From: Candidatus Kapaibacterium sp.
GTDB taxonomy: Bacteria > Bacteroidota > Ignavibacteria > Kapaibacteriales > UBA2268
Direction: 5' to 3'
Length of the DNA: 64,000 nt
Assembly (NCBI GenBank): GCA_963665665.1
Contig: OY762428.1
Span: forward strand, 4,896,001 to 4,960,000
A program made the translations under genes and the position numbers. The notes beneath the pieces were generated by a model. That model was not told where the DNA came from and did not search any database. It saw nothing but the letters and a program-made list of their open reading frames with translations. Shown piece after piece: positions 10,868 through 21,312 of the stretch. How positions within the stretch are numbered: position 1 is the first letter of the stretch; every line of letters begins with the position of its first letter.

Positions 10868-11054
10868 GATTATGTTGTGAAAAATAGTTTTCCACATAAT
10901 AAAATTTAATGATTCATGGCAATTTTAAATTATTTATTGAAAATTAATCAATTAAGAAAATATGATATGAATAAGAAACAACAATGTGATTATAAAACAT
11001 TTGTTTTGTTGAAATTAAATTTTCAAAAAAGTTGTTTCAATATTATAAAAAAAT

Positions 11055-11062
11055 TATCTTTG
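11055..11062 (+). promoter_or_regulatory. Bacteroidota-type -7 promoter box for the atp operon
   Basis: TATCTTTG matches TAnnTTTG about 30 bp before the first atp gene; similar boxes precede speA and the 26339 gene. Confidence 0.55.
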
Positions 11063-11091
11063 CACACGAATATTGATTATACGCATTATTC

Positions 11092-11358
11092 ATGATTGAT
11101 AAACGAAGGAATAAAGGTGCCGGCAGCAAGGCAATGAGGGAGTTAGCCCCCTATATGAACCTGGGGATTAACCTGGCAGTTACCATAGGGCTGTTTTGCC
11201 TTTTGGGCTGGTGGCTTGACGGAAAGTTTGGAACAAAACCGTTGTTGATAATAATATGTGCTTTTGCGGGGATTGCCTTTGGAATGTATAATTTCTTCAG
11301 GACAATATCCGACCTTGACAAAAAGAAAAAAAGGGGGGCAGGCAATAAGCCGAAATGA
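11092..11358 (+). CDS. atpZ: AtpZ/AtpI family protein
   Basis: LGINLAVTIGLFCLLGWWLDGKFGTKP; first gene of the atp operon. Confidence 0.8.
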   Translation: MIDKRRNKGAGSKAMRELAPYMNLGINLAVTIGLFCLLGWWLDGKFGTKPLLIIICAFAGIAFGMYNFFRTISDLDKKKKRGAGNKPK

Positions 11359-11384
11359 TTCGGCAAAAGGCCCGCCATTTTGCG

Positions 11385-11681
11385 ATGACCGAAGCATTGA
11401 TACTTTCTGCAGTTATTAGTTTTGCCAATTTGGCAGTTGCAGTGGCTGTTTTTAAGAAAGCATTCCAAAAAAAAGAGTTCGGTGAATTCAGCAAAATGGT
11501 TTTTACCTCCATGACCATTCGCTTAGTAATTATGACCTTATTTGCTTGGACTTTTATATTTTTTCTTGAAATTGACAAATTTTACTTTGCGATCGGGTTG
11601 ATAACAATGGTTTTCATCTCGATTATGATTGAAATATTGATTTTTCATTCTTATACGAAAAAGAAAAAAGAAACTAAATAG
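11385..11681 (+). CDS. atpI: ATP synthase protein I-like membrane protein
   Basis: Several TM helices, located between atpZ and atpB; start uncertain (11355 or 11385). Confidence 0.65.
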   Translation: MTEALILSAVISFANLAVAVAVFKKAFQKKEFGEFSKMVFTSMTIRLVIMTLFAWTFIFFLEIDKFYFAIGLITMVFISIMIEILIFHSYTKKKKETK

Positions 11682-11705
11682 CATAAATACTTCTAAGGTT
11701 ATTTT

Positions 11706-12776
11706 ATGGCCGAAAATTCAAACGAAATTCTATTAGCAGAAAACCACGAGGCAGAACATGCTGAAACACACGAAAGCGTAGATGCGCACGAAGCTGTGGA
11801 TTCGCATACCGAAACTGCTCACGATGCCGAACATGAGGCTGGTTCCGAAAATGTATTTCAGGAGCTTTACAAGCAAATGGGTGATCACCATGGTTTTTAC
11901 TGGGGTACTTACCATATAGCCGATCTGCCTATGATAATTTATGACGACGGTTTCCATTTCTATTCTTCGCCTGCTGCCATGGAAGCGGAAGGAAAGTTTG
12001 TAATGGATCATCATACTCATAAACCTGTAAAGGCTTCAACACTTCATTCGGAGCATCCTGAACCACCGGCTTTGGATCTGTCCATAACAAACCTGATAGT
12101 GTTTGAATGGATAGCTTTGTTTATTCTTGGGATTCTCTTTATCAAAGCTGGCAGCAGCGTTAAGAAAAATGCAGGAAGGGCTCCGAAGGGCATTGCAAAT
12201 GTTCTCGAGGTGATGTTCATTTACGTTCGCGACGAAATGATAAGGCCTAATATGCCTCTTCATGTTGCCGACAGGCTTCTTCCTTATTTTATCAGCCTGT
12301 TTTTCTTCATTCTTGTAATGAATCTTACCGGGCTTATACCAGGCGGGCATACCGCAACGGGTACGATAGGCGTAACATGCGGGCTGGCTATAACGGCGTT
12401 CATTGTGATTAACTGGACAGCTATCCGCGAGAGCGGCATAGGTGCATGGTTCAAACACTTACTTGGCGGAGCGCCAATAGGGCTTGCTCCGATTATGATC
12501 CCGATCGAGATACTTTCTTTATTTATCAAACCTTTCGCACTCACCATTCGTTTGTTTGCGAATATGTCGGCAGGGCACATTGTGCTCTTCTCGCTGCTTG
12601 GTTTGCTATTTTACTTCGGATCCTATATTGTGGCAGTACCACTTGTTGGTTTCTCGGTGTTTATTTACCTGCTGGAATTGCTTGTAGCATTTATCCAGGC
12701 TTATGTGTTTACAATGCTAACCGCAATTTTTGTTGGTTTGGCAATTGGCGACCACGCACACGAGGAACACGCATAA
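11706..12776 (+). CDS. atpB: F0F1 ATP synthase subunit a
   Basis: KPFALTIRLFANMSAGH, LLVAFIQAYVFTMLT. Confidence 0.97.
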   Translation: MAENSNEILLAENHEAEHAETHESVDAHEAVDSHTETAHDAEHEAGSENVFQELYKQMGDHHGFYWGTYHIADLPMIIYDDGFHFYSSPAAMEAEGKFVMDHHTHKPVKASTLHSEHPEPPALDLSITNLIVFEWIALFILGILFIKAGSSVKKNAGRAPKGIANVLEVMFIYVRDEMIRPNMPLHVADRLLPYFISLFFFILVMNLTGLIPGGHTATGTIGVTCGLAITAFIVINWTAIRESGIGAWFKHLLGGAPIGLAPIMIPIEILSLFIKPFALTIRLFANMSAGHIVLFSLLGLLFYFGSYIVAVPLVGFSVFIYLLELLVAFIQAYVFTMLTAIFVGLAIGDHAHEEHA

Positions 12777-12855
12777 AATGGATATCAGGTTGAAAAATAA
12801 AATTTTAAATATAATTGTTTTGTCGAATTTTTTCTATTTCATTGGAGGTTTTTAA

Positions 12856-13083
12856 ATGGATGCTTCTTCATTAGCATATTTGGCAGCAGGCCTTGGCGCC
12901 GGTATTACTGTTGTTGGCGCTGGTCTGGGTATCGGTAAATTAGCTTCTTCAGCTCTCGAGGCCACTGGCCGTCAGCCTGAAGCAGGCGGTGATATCAGGA
13001 CAACAATGATCATCGCGGCAGCCCTTATTGAGGGTGTTGCTTTCTTCGCAGCGGTTATTTGCCTGTTGCTCACATTCGTATAA
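12856..13083 (+). CDS. atpE: F0F1 ATP synthase subunit c
   Basis: GAGLGIG, RQPE loop, ALIEG. Confidence 0.97.
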   Translation: MDASSLAYLAAGLGAGITVVGAGLGIGKLASSALEATGRQPEAGGDIRTTMIIAAALIEGVAFFAAVICLLLTFV

Positions 13084-13091
13084 TATTTTGC

Positions 13092-13119
13092 GCCGGCATC
13101 CCCGAAAAAGGATGCCGGC
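13092..13119 (+). other. GC-rich stem-loop after atpE (mRNA stability or attenuation)
   Basis: GCCGGCATCC...GGATGCCGGC with no U-tract. Confidence 0.55.
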
Positions 13120-13174
13120 AGCATTTGGTAAATTAATGCAATTTTGCTGAATTCACATTTTTGAGGAATAGATT

Positions 13175-13669
13175 ATGGATAGTCTGCTTGATGTTAATCC
13201 CGGTGCGATTATTTGGACGATTATCAATTTTCTCGTCTTCTTTTTCATAATCTTTAAAATGGGTGGTAAAGCCATCGTAAAAGGTCTGAAAGAAAGAGAA
13301 GATAATATAAACAAAGAGATCAATGACGCTGAGGCAGCAAATAAAAAAGCTCAGGAAATTCTGGTTCAGGCCCAGGAAAAAATTGACAATGCACAGAAGG
13401 AAATGGCAGAGATAGTGGCTAAAGGCCGCAAGCAGGCCGAAGATATCGTGCATAAAGCTGCAGAAGACGCGGATAAAGTCAAACAGGCCAAGATCGAGGA
13501 ATCCCTCAGGGAAATTGACAGACAGAAAGATGCCGCTATCAGCGAATTACGTACTGAAGTTGCCGGCCTCGTGATTGAAGCCACAGAAAAAATTCTTGAC
13601 GAAAAGCTTGACAAAGATAAACACATAAAGCTCGTTGAGTCATATATTGACAAACTTCCAAAGAACTAA
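13175..13669 (+). CDS. atpF: F0F1 ATP synthase subunit b
   Basis: N-terminal TM (PGAIIWTIINF) followed by a long coiled coil. Confidence 0.95.
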   Translation: MDSLLDVNPGAIIWTIINFLVFFFIIFKMGGKAIVKGLKEREDNINKEINDAEAANKKAQEILVQAQEKIDNAQKEMAEIVAKGRKQAEDIVHKAAEDADKVKQAKIEESLREIDRQKDAAISELRTEVAGLVIEATEKILDEKLDKDKHIKLVESYIDKLPKN

Positions 13670-13682
13670 TTAAAGAATTGTT

Positions 13683-14231
13683 ATGACTGAACAAAGAGTT
13701 TCAAAAAGATATGCCAGGGCGGTTTTTCAGACAGCAAAGGAAATCAATTTGCTTGATGAAATTCGCAAAGACCTTGTTTTTGTAAAAAACACAATCGAGG
13801 ATTCACGCGAGCTGGAAAACCTGTTGAAAAGTCCTGTAGTTCATGTTTTTAAGAAAAAATCAATTCTGGAAGAGGTTTTTAAATCCCATGTCTCCGATCT
13901 GACCATGAATTTTATTTCATTGCTCAGTGAGAAACAAAGGGAGTCGCTGACTATTTCAATTATTGCACAGTTCATGATTCTGTATAACAAAGAAATGAAT
14001 ATCATGCCGATTACTGTTAGTTCGGCAGTTGAACTCAATGATGAAATCAGGGCTAAGATAATAACCAAACTGGAAGAAATTACAAATCAAACAGTGCTAT
14101 CAACTTTCCTGACAGACCCCGATATGAAAGGCGGTATAAAAGTAAGGATTCAGGACTGGGTATACGACGCTTCGATCAGAACCAGGCTGAATACTCTTTA
14201 TCACAGGCTTGCTGAAGGCATTGTTAATTGA
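13683..14231 (+). CDS. atpH: F0F1 ATP synthase subunit delta
   Basis: SKRYARAVF...DPDMKGGIKVRI...YDASI. Confidence 0.95.
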   Translation: MTEQRVSKRYARAVFQTAKEINLLDEIRKDLVFVKNTIEDSRELENLLKSPVVHVFKKKSILEEVFKSHVSDLTMNFISLLSEKQRESLTISIIAQFMILYNKEMNIMPITVSSAVELNDEIRAKIITKLEEITNQTVLSTFLTDPDMKGGIKVRIQDWVYDASIRTRLNTLYHRLAEGIVN

Positions 14232-14268
14232 GAGACTAAATAATATAGTTTAATAAAGGTATTTTATT

Positions 14269-15819
14269 ATGGCAGAAGTTCGTCCAGAAGAAATTTCGGC
14301 GATATTGCGCCGCCAATTATCCGGCTTCGATAATGAAGCCGCGACCTACGAAGTAGGTACCGTTCTTCAGGTGGGTGACGGTGTGGCAAGGGTCTATGGC
14401 CTCGAGAAGGTTATGGCATCCGAGCTCGTTGAATTCCCTAATGATGTTATCGGTATGGTTTTGAACCTTGAAGAGGATAACGTTGGTGTTATGCTTTTCG
14501 GGGATGACAGCCTTGTTAAAGAAGGTGATATTGTAAAAAGAACAAAGAAAATTGCTTCCGTGCCCGTTGGCAGGGAACTGCTCGGCAGGGTTGTAAATCC
14601 TCTTGGCCTTCCTATTGACGGAAAAGGGCCGATTGACACGAAAGACATTTTCCCGATTGAAAGAAAAGCTCCCGGCGTTATGCTTCGTCAGCCGGTGAAA
14701 GAACCGCTTCAGACAGGTATCAAAGCAATTGATGCCCTGATCCCGATCGGACGCGGACAGCGCGAGCTTATAATCGGTGACCGCCAGACAGGTAAAACTG
14801 CCGTGGCCCTTGACACAATTATCAATCAGAAATTTACTCATTCCGAAGAAGCTAAAGCCCTTGGTATAGAACCTGTTTACTGTATTTATGTAGCTGTAGG
14901 CCAGAAGGGTTCAACTGTTGCTAACGTTGTGGCATCACTCGAAGAAAACGGTGCGATGGATTACACGATAGTTGTGGTTGCCAATGCATCAGATCCTGCT
15001 CCTTTGCAGTTTATTGCGCCTTACTGCGGCGCTTCAATGGGTGAGTTTTTCCGTGACAACGGTATGCATGCCCTGACGATCTATGATGATCTTTCTAAAC
15101 AGGCCGCCGCTTACAGGCAGGTGTCACTGCTTCTTCGTCGTCCTCCCGGACGTGAAGCATATCCCGGCGACGTGTTCTATCTTCACTCAAGGCTTCTTGA
15201 AAGGGCTGCTAAATTTTCTGATGAAAAAGGCGGCGGTTCAATGACATCCCTTCCAGTTATCGAAACACAGGCCGGTGACGTTTCGGCTTATATCCCGACA
15301 AACGTGATCTCGATTACAGACGGCCAGATTTATCTGGAACCCAACCTGTTCAATGCAGGTGTAAGGCCGGCTTTGAATGTGGGTATCTCCGTTTCCCGTG
15401 TGGGTGGTAATGCACAGATCAAGGCTATGAAAAAAGTAGCAGGGCCTCTGAAACTTGCTCTCGCTCTCTTCCGTGAGTTGGAAGCTTTTGCAAAATTTGG
15501 ATCAGATCTTGACGAATCTACACAGAAACAGCTTACAAGGGGGCGCGTACTTACCGAGATCCTGAAACAGGGGCAGTTCGTTCCGATAGCTGTTGATAAA
15601 CAGATTGCTTTGATTGTTTGTGCAACAGAAGGTTATCTTGATAATCTTCCCGCTGATTCTCTGACCAGATTTGAGAAAGAATTTTACGAACACCTTGATA
15701 ACGTTCATTCTGAATTACTTCTTGATATTATGAAAGTCAAGGAACTAAATGATGATATTAAATCAAGGTTGATCGCAGTCATTGAAGGTTTTGTTGAGAA
15801 TTTCAAGAAGACTATATAG
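14269..15819 (+). CDS. atpA: F0F1 ATP synthase subunit alpha
   Basis: [32 protein letters not shown]. Confidence 0.99.
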   Translation: MAEVRPEEISAILRRQLSGFDNEAATYEVGTVLQVGDGVARVYGLEKVMASELVEFPNDVIGMVLNLEEDNVGVMLFGDDSLVKEGDIVKRTKKIASVPVGRELLGRVVNPLGLPIDGKGPIDTKDIFPIERKAPGVMLRQPVKEPLQTGIKAIDALIPIGRGQRELIIGDRQTGKTAVALDTIINQKFTHSEEAKALGIEPVYCIYVAVGQKGSTVANVVASLEENGAMDYTIVVVANASDPAPLQFIAPYCGASMGEFFRDNGMHALTIYDDLSKQAAAYRQVSLLLRRPPGREAYPGDVFYLHSRLLERAAKFSDEKGGGSMTSLPVIETQAGDVSAYIPTNVISITDGQIYLEPNLFNAGVRPALNVGISVSRVGGNAQIKAMKKVAGPLKLALALFRELEAFAKFGSDLDESTQKQLTRGRVLTEILKQGQFVPIAVDKQIALIVCATEGYLDNLPADSLTRFEKEFYEHLDNVHSELLLDIMKVKELNDDIKSRLIAVIEGFVENFKKTI

Positions 15820-15966
15820 TTCTTTAATAATTTGAATGGTAGCGGGCGTATACCTTTACGCCCCGTTACTGCAATATTTATACCTGAAGCCAAAACCTGA
15901 TTGCCGTGAAAGGGATTTTTCTTATATTGAAGTCCGGAAATATGAAAATTAAGTATAGGATATAAT

Positions 15967-16932
15967 ATGATTTTAGTTACAGGTGGTGCCGGATTCATTG
16001 GTTCCTGCTTTGTAAAAAAGCTTAATGATAATGGAATAAAGGATATTTTCGTTGTCGATCATCTTGGGAACGGACAAAAATGGAAAAATCTTGTTGGGAA
16101 GCAGTATCAGGCCTATGAGCATAAAGCTGATTTCAGGAAACTGTTGAATAGCGGTGAGTTTAAAGGCCGGTTTGAAGCAATCTTTCATTTTGGTGCCTGC
16201 TCGGTAACAACCGAGAAAGACGCCGATTACATGATGGATAATAACTTCAATTACAGCCGTGAACTTGCTGAATTTGCCATTGACGAAGATATCAGGTTTA
16301 TTTATGCCAGTTCAGCTGCAACTTATGGGGCGGGTGAAAATGGCTATTCGGACAGATTATTCGATGAGCTTAAACCACTGAACGTTTATGGTTACTCAAA
16401 GCAGCTTTTCGACTTATGGGCAATTGAAAAAGGTTATGACAAAATATTCACGGGACTGAAATTCTTCAATGTTTTCGGGCCTAATGAATACCACAAGGGT
16501 GATATGGCCAGCATGGTTTACAAATCCTATTTCCAGATAAAGGAAACAGGCAGAGTCAACCTGTTCAGGTCTTATTTGCCGGAATATACTGACGGCGGCC
16601 AGAAAAGAGACTTCGTTTACGTGAAAGACGTTTGCGATATTATGTGGCTAATGTATCAGGATAAATCCATAAGCGGGATTTATAATCTCGGGGCCGGTAA
16701 GGCCCAAACATGGAATGAACTGATTAGCGCTGTTTTCAAGGCTTTGGGTAAAGAAACAAATATTGAATATATTGATATGCCGGAATCCCTGAAAGGCCAA
16801 TACCAGTATTATACAAAAGCTGATATGGGCAAAATGCAGGAAATTATTCCGGGGTTAAGTTTTAAAACCCTTGAAGAGAATGTTGCCGACTACGTTTGCA
16901 ATCATCTTGAAAAGGAATGGAAAAACTATTAA
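15967..16932 (+). CDS. hldD: ADP-L-glycero-D-manno-heptose 6-epimerase
   Basis: VTGGAGFIGS, YASSAATYG, PLNVYGYSK, FNVFGPNEYHKGDMAS, YQYYTKAD. Confidence 0.95.
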   Translation: MILVTGGAGFIGSCFVKKLNDNGIKDIFVVDHLGNGQKWKNLVGKQYQAYEHKADFRKLLNSGEFKGRFEAIFHFGACSVTTEKDADYMMDNNFNYSRELAEFAIDEDIRFIYASSAATYGAGENGYSDRLFDELKPLNVYGYSKQLFDLWAIEKGYDKIFTGLKFFNVFGPNEYHKGDMASMVYKSYFQIKETGRVNLFRSYLPEYTDGGQKRDFVYVKDVCDIMWLMYQDKSISGIYNLGAGKAQTWNELISAVFKALGKETNIEYIDMPESLKGQYQYYTKADMGKMQEIIPGLSFKTLEENVADYVCNHLEKEWKNY

Positions 16933-16970
16933 GCCAAAGGAAAATATTTCTAACTAAATAATAGAATACT

Positions 16971-17867
16971 ATGGCTACTTTAAAAGATATTTCCCGCAGG
17001 ATCGGGGCCGTGAAAAGCACGGCAAAAATTACATCTGCCATGAAAATGGTTGCTGCTGCCAAATTGAAAAAGGCTCAGAAATCAATTGAATCGGCAAGGC
17101 CTTACGTTCTGAAACTCGGCGATATGATGTCCGAATTGGTTTCCGCCCTCGGTGGTGAATACTCTCATCCTCTTATTGAGCAGAGAGAAGAAATTAAATC
17201 AATTGCCATTATTGTTATTGCTTCCGACCGTGGCCTTTGCGGAAGTTTCAATAACAGCCTGTTCAGGCAGGTTAAATATCATATTGAAAAAGAATTGAAA
17301 GCTGAAAATCCCGAACTTAAAGTAACGATAATTCCGGTAGGGCAGAGGACATGCGGTTTCTTCAAAAAGGAAACTTATCCTGTTGCCAAAATGTTTCCCG
17401 GAGTATTTAACGACCTTAAGTTTGAAGTTGCTCAGGAAATAGTAGATACTGTGCAGCACGGGTTTATCGGCGGTGAATTTGATAAAGTACTCCTTTATTA
17501 TAACGAGTTCGTTAATGTGATCAAGCAAACTCCTAAGCTGGATACTCTTCTCCCTATCAGCCCGAAAGCCGAGGAAGAAAATGAAGGCGAAAAGAAATTT
17601 AATGTTGATTACATTTTTGAACCCGGACAGGAGGAAATCCTTGAAGTATTACTCCCGAAAATGGTGAATATCAGCGTTTGGAGGGCTTTGCTGGAATCTA
17701 ATGCTGCTGAAAATGCAGCAAGGATGATGGCTATGGATAATGCCACAACAAATGCTAACGATCTTATGAAATACCTTGAGATGGTATTCAACAAAGCACG
17801 CCAGGCTGCGATTACAACTGAAATGCTTGAAATTGTTAGCGGCGCGGAAGCGCTTCGCGGACAGTAA
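16971..17867 (+). CDS. atpG: F0F1 ATP synthase subunit gamma
   Basis: KITSAMKMVAAAK, SDRGLCGSFN, ARMMAMDNAT, RQAAITTE. Confidence 0.98.
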   Translation: MATLKDISRRIGAVKSTAKITSAMKMVAAAKLKKAQKSIESARPYVLKLGDMMSELVSALGGEYSHPLIEQREEIKSIAIIVIASDRGLCGSFNNSLFRQVKYHIEKELKAENPELKVTIIPVGQRTCGFFKKETYPVAKMFPGVFNDLKFEVAQEIVDTVQHGFIGGEFDKVLLYYNEFVNVIKQTPKLDTLLPISPKAEEENEGEKKFNVDYIFEPGQEEILEVLLPKMVNISVWRALLESNAAENAARMMAMDNATTNANDLMKYLEMVFNKARQAAITTEMLEIVSGAEALRGQ

Positions 17868-17891
17868 TTATTTCATTTATTTTTTTATTAT

Positions 17892-17922
17892 AATCCCCTG
17901 GTATCAACTATCAGGGGATTTT
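17892..17922 (+). terminator. Intrinsic terminator after atpG
   Basis: AATCCCCTG...CAGGGGATTTT. Confidence 0.7.
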
Positions 17923-17964
17923 ATGTTTGTACGGATAATTGAATAGATTATCAGGAAGGCAATA

Positions 17965-19236
17965 ATGGACAAATCATACAGTCTTAAAGGGATTTTGAAA
18001 ACTATTGGCCCCGGTATTATATACGCTGGTGCTGCTATAGGTGTTTCGCATCTGGTACAATCCACAAGAGCCGGAGCTTTATATGGTTTTGAAATTATCT
18101 GGGCAATAATACTAATAAATATTTTTAAATACCCGTTTTTTGAGTATGCATATCGCTACACTGCCGCAACCGGGGAGAGCGTTCTGGATGGTTATCGTAA
18201 ACTCGGCAGTTGGGCAATATGGTCATTCTTCGGCTTATCAATTTTTACAGCGATATTCACCTATGCAGCAGTTGCTTTGGTAACATCCGGGCTGGCATCT
18301 TATCTTTTCAGTATAAACCTTACCCAGTTTGAAGTAAATTTTTTGCTTCTGGTAATTGTGTTTGTTATTCTTTTACTGGGAAGTTATTCCAAACTTGATA
18401 AACTGATGAAAATGATGGTTGTGCTGCTTAGCGTAGGGACGATATTCGCATTCTTTATGGCTATCGGAAAAAACCCCGACCCGGTGGATGGATTTACTCC
18501 AACGGAATTATGGAATACCGGCGGAATAATGTTTCTGATTGCCTTAATGGGATGGATGCCTACTCCTATAGAAGTATCAGTCTGGCCCTCGCTATGGTCT
18601 ATTGAACACCAGAAAAACAATAAATATAAACCAACGTTCAAGGAAATATTATTTGATTTCAATATTGGGTTTGTCGGATCAGGATTTCTGGCTGTATTTT
18701 TCCTGGGTCTTGGAGCCCTTGTTATGTACGGAACCGGAGAAGTTTTTTCGAATAGTAATATAAAGTTTTCTGAGCAGCTTGTTTCTCTTTATGCCAACAC
18801 TCTCGGGGAATGGAGCAGGCCAGTGATCTCAACTATTGCAATGCTGACCATGCTGACAACTACAATCACTGTTTTCGACGGCTATCCCAGAACATTGGAA
18901 GCGGCCATGAAGGAGATTTGGCCAAGGTTCAAAAAAGAACCCATGAACTGGGTATCGAAAAATTTATACTGGCTTTGGGCTATATTGCTGTCGATAACAA
19001 CCATGCTTATTGTCGGTTGGTTCACCGACAGCATGAAGCAGCTTGCACAGATGGCAATGATCATTTCATTCATTGCAGCACCGTTTTTCGCTGCAATTAA
19101 TTTCAAAATTGTGACATCGGACTTTATGCCGGAAGATTATAAGCCGGGTGTTAAAATGCGAATTTTAAGCTTTGCAGGCATAATATTTCTTTCAGTATTC
19201 TGCCTGATTTTTTTCTATTATTTCTTTATCGTTTGA
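17965..19236 (+). CDS. NRAMP/APC-superfamily divalent metal transporter-like protein
   Basis: IGPGIIYAGAAIGVSHLVQSTRAGA, MGWMPTP, about 11 TM helices. Confidence 0.8.
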   Translation: MDKSYSLKGILKTIGPGIIYAGAAIGVSHLVQSTRAGALYGFEIIWAIILINIFKYPFFEYAYRYTAATGESVLDGYRKLGSWAIWSFFGLSIFTAIFTYAAVALVTSGLASYLFSINLTQFEVNFLLLVIVFVILLLGSYSKLDKLMKMMVVLLSVGTIFAFFMAIGKNPDPVDGFTPTELWNTGGIMFLIALMGWMPTPIEVSVWPSLWSIEHQKNNKYKPTFKEILFDFNIGFVGSGFLAVFFLGLGALVMYGTGEVFSNSNIKFSEQLVSLYANTLGEWSRPVISTIAMLTMLTTTITVFDGYPRTLEAAMKEIWPRFKKEPMNWVSKNLYWLWAILLSITTMLIVGWFTDSMKQLAQMAMIISFIAAPFFAAINFKIVTSDFMPEDYKPGVKMRILSFAGIIFLSVFCLIFFYYFFIV

Positions 19237-19511
19237 TTAATTGTTTGTAATCAGCTAAGATGATATTATTCTGTTTTGAAAAGAAAAATTGCAAAATTGT
19301 CGTTCTGAATAAGCTTACGACTTAAAAATCCACTTTTTTTTAGCAAGAAAATATGAAGAAGAGACTCTCCACTTCATTCAGTCGGAGGATTTAATTCCCA
19401 ATTTCCTGCGAAAACAATTTCCAAAATTTAACTTTGGTGTTCAAAAAGGAGATTCAGATCAAATTATTTCTGATTAATCCTTAAATCAGGATGAATATTT
19501 TTGATGTATTT

Positions 19512-20204
19512 TTACTCCCTGGATAGGGCTGAGCCTCCTTTTATCAAAAGCCAGAATGTAAGGGATAATTCTCCGATAATGCCCGGAAGGATTACAATTG
19601 CTGAAAATATGTTCTTATATTCTGCATATTCCGGTAGAAGGAAGTTTGCAAAGCTGTCGGTAATATAGCCGGCAGAAGCTATCAATAGCAGCCACCCGAT
19701 AAAAGAGGGTATCTGTGTGGATTTAATTATCAGGTATCCGAGGAACGCAAGATGAATACCAAAGAATATCAGCCCGATAAGCCATGTATTATTAAAAGAT
19801 TGAATATCTGTCATTATAAAAATCTGAATAAGCCCGGCATCAGCTGATTCGATTGAATTCGAAACAAAACCGAGAATGTTTACCAGATTGAATAGCGCCG
19901 CTGCAAATATCACTCCGTTTACCAGCCGTAACCAGGCAGAAAGAAGAGATATGCTTTGATTAACTGGCTTAAGCAGAATGTATAGCGCCCAGGCAAGAAT
20001 GATATCGAAAACTACCATTAATATAAAGCCTACAATCCCAAGCCTGAAAAGAAACATATTCTCTGTCAGATTTTGAAAACTTAATGCCGGATTGTTGTAG
20101 TCGAATATCCCTTCCAATACGTAAAAATTCGAGAAGAATCCGGTTATGAAAATTACCAGGTATCCAATTCCTGCAATTTTTGCTACGTTATTGATATTGT
20201 TCAT
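19512..20204 (-). CDS. DUF4386-like membrane protein
   Basis: AKIAGIGYL...LYILLKPVN...GLIFFGIHL...GELSLTFWLLIKG. Confidence 0.75.
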   Translation of the reverse strand: MNNINNVAKIAGIGYLVIFITGFFSNFYVLEGIFDYNNPALSFQNLTENMFLFRLGIVGFILMVVFDIILAWALYILLKPVNQSISLLSAWLRLVNGVIFAAALFNLVNILGFVSNSIESADAGLIQIFIMTDIQSFNNTWLIGLIFFGIHLAFLGYLIIKSTQIPSFIGWLLLIASAGYITDSFANFLLPEYAEYKNIFSAIVILPGIIGELSLTFWLLIKGGSALSRE

Positions 20205-20371
20205 TTATTTTTTCCTTGGTTCCTAATAATATTAGTTGTGTTAAAATAAAAATTAGTTAAGACTAATATTTGCAAATTACGAAAGGAATTGAAAAAAGTT
20301 GTAACTATTTTTAAAATATTTGTTATTTTAGTTAACTAATATTTATTGTTTCAAAATCATTTTGTTCCCTG

Positions 20372-21217
20372 ATGAGAATGGCAAAGATTTATAAAATTCT
20401 GATACTAATAATTATTCTTACTTTTTCAAATTCCTGCATGAATTTTAAATATGCAAAAGAAAAGCGTTTAAATCCATCATGCCCCACTTCAATTAGTGGT
20501 AAACTTGTTTATAATATTCCAAAAGTTCATATCGAAGAAGATATCCTGTTTCTGAAAGGCAGAAAAGAAAAAAACATACTATTCGGAAAGATCACAGGTA
20601 AAACTGATAAAGGTTTTTTGTTTGATCCTTCTGCTACCTACAGGTCTGACCGGCCTGAAAAAGAATTTGAATTTGATGAAATTGAATGCCTTATGGATAC
20701 AACAAGAGAATGTGTTTTTGGTGAAGTCCCGGAAAAATATAAGAAAAAGTTAGAATCATTTGATCCGGAAAAATTTGGCTGGAATGTAAAATTATTTGTA
20801 AAGCCATTTGACGATCCCGATTCGAAACAAATAATTATTACAATGAAAAGCGGTGAAGAGTTCGCCTATTGTTTGCCGGCAGGAAAATATTTTATCGAGA
20901 AAGTCAAATTTGACCGAAAGGCAAAATACTTTTCTGATGTTTGTGATTATGTACCGAGAATTACTTTAGATGTAAGAGAAGGTGTCGACAATTATATTGG
21001 GCATCTTGTATTGGATGATGACGATAGGTTCGATTCAAATACATATCATTTCCACTGCAAAATACTGAGTCGTCCCGATGATTATTCCGGCTATAAATTG
21101 TTCGGATTGTTTTACGCAGTATATCGTGATACACGTAGCCCTTTTCACACTATTACTATTGATGACAGCCTGGATATAGATGATAGCAGAACAAAATCCA
21201 TACTACAACTCAGATAG
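20372..21217 (+). CDS. Hypothetical lipoprotein
   Basis: Lipobox-like FSNSC after a hydrophobic stretch; long clean ORF. Confidence 0.6.
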   Translation: MRMAKIYKILILIIILTFSNSCMNFKYAKEKRLNPSCPTSISGKLVYNIPKVHIEEDILFLKGRKEKNILFGKITGKTDKGFLFDPSATYRSDRPEKEFEFDEIECLMDTTRECVFGEVPEKYKKKLESFDPEKFGWNVKLFVKPFDDPDSKQIIITMKSGEEFAYCLPAGKYFIEKVKFDRKAKYFSDVCDYVPRITLDVREGVDNYIGHLVLDDDDRFDSNTYHFHCKILSRPDDYSGYKLFGLFYAVYRDTRSPFHTITIDDSLDIDDSRTKSILQLR

Positions 21218-21312
21218 AGTGTGCATAATTATTGAACAATGAATTATAAGCATTGATTGTAAATACCAGTAAATTTTAAATTATAATCAGGATAACCAAA
21301 TAATCTGATTAT

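Noticed and set aside
11706-11850. His/Glu-rich N-terminal extension of subunit a, and absence of atpDC
   Set aside because: Both are commonplace in Bacteroidota/Chlorobiota-related lineages
12856-13083. Na+-translocating ATP synthase
   Set aside because: The c subunit has IEG and lacks the Q...E(S/T) sodium-binding signature
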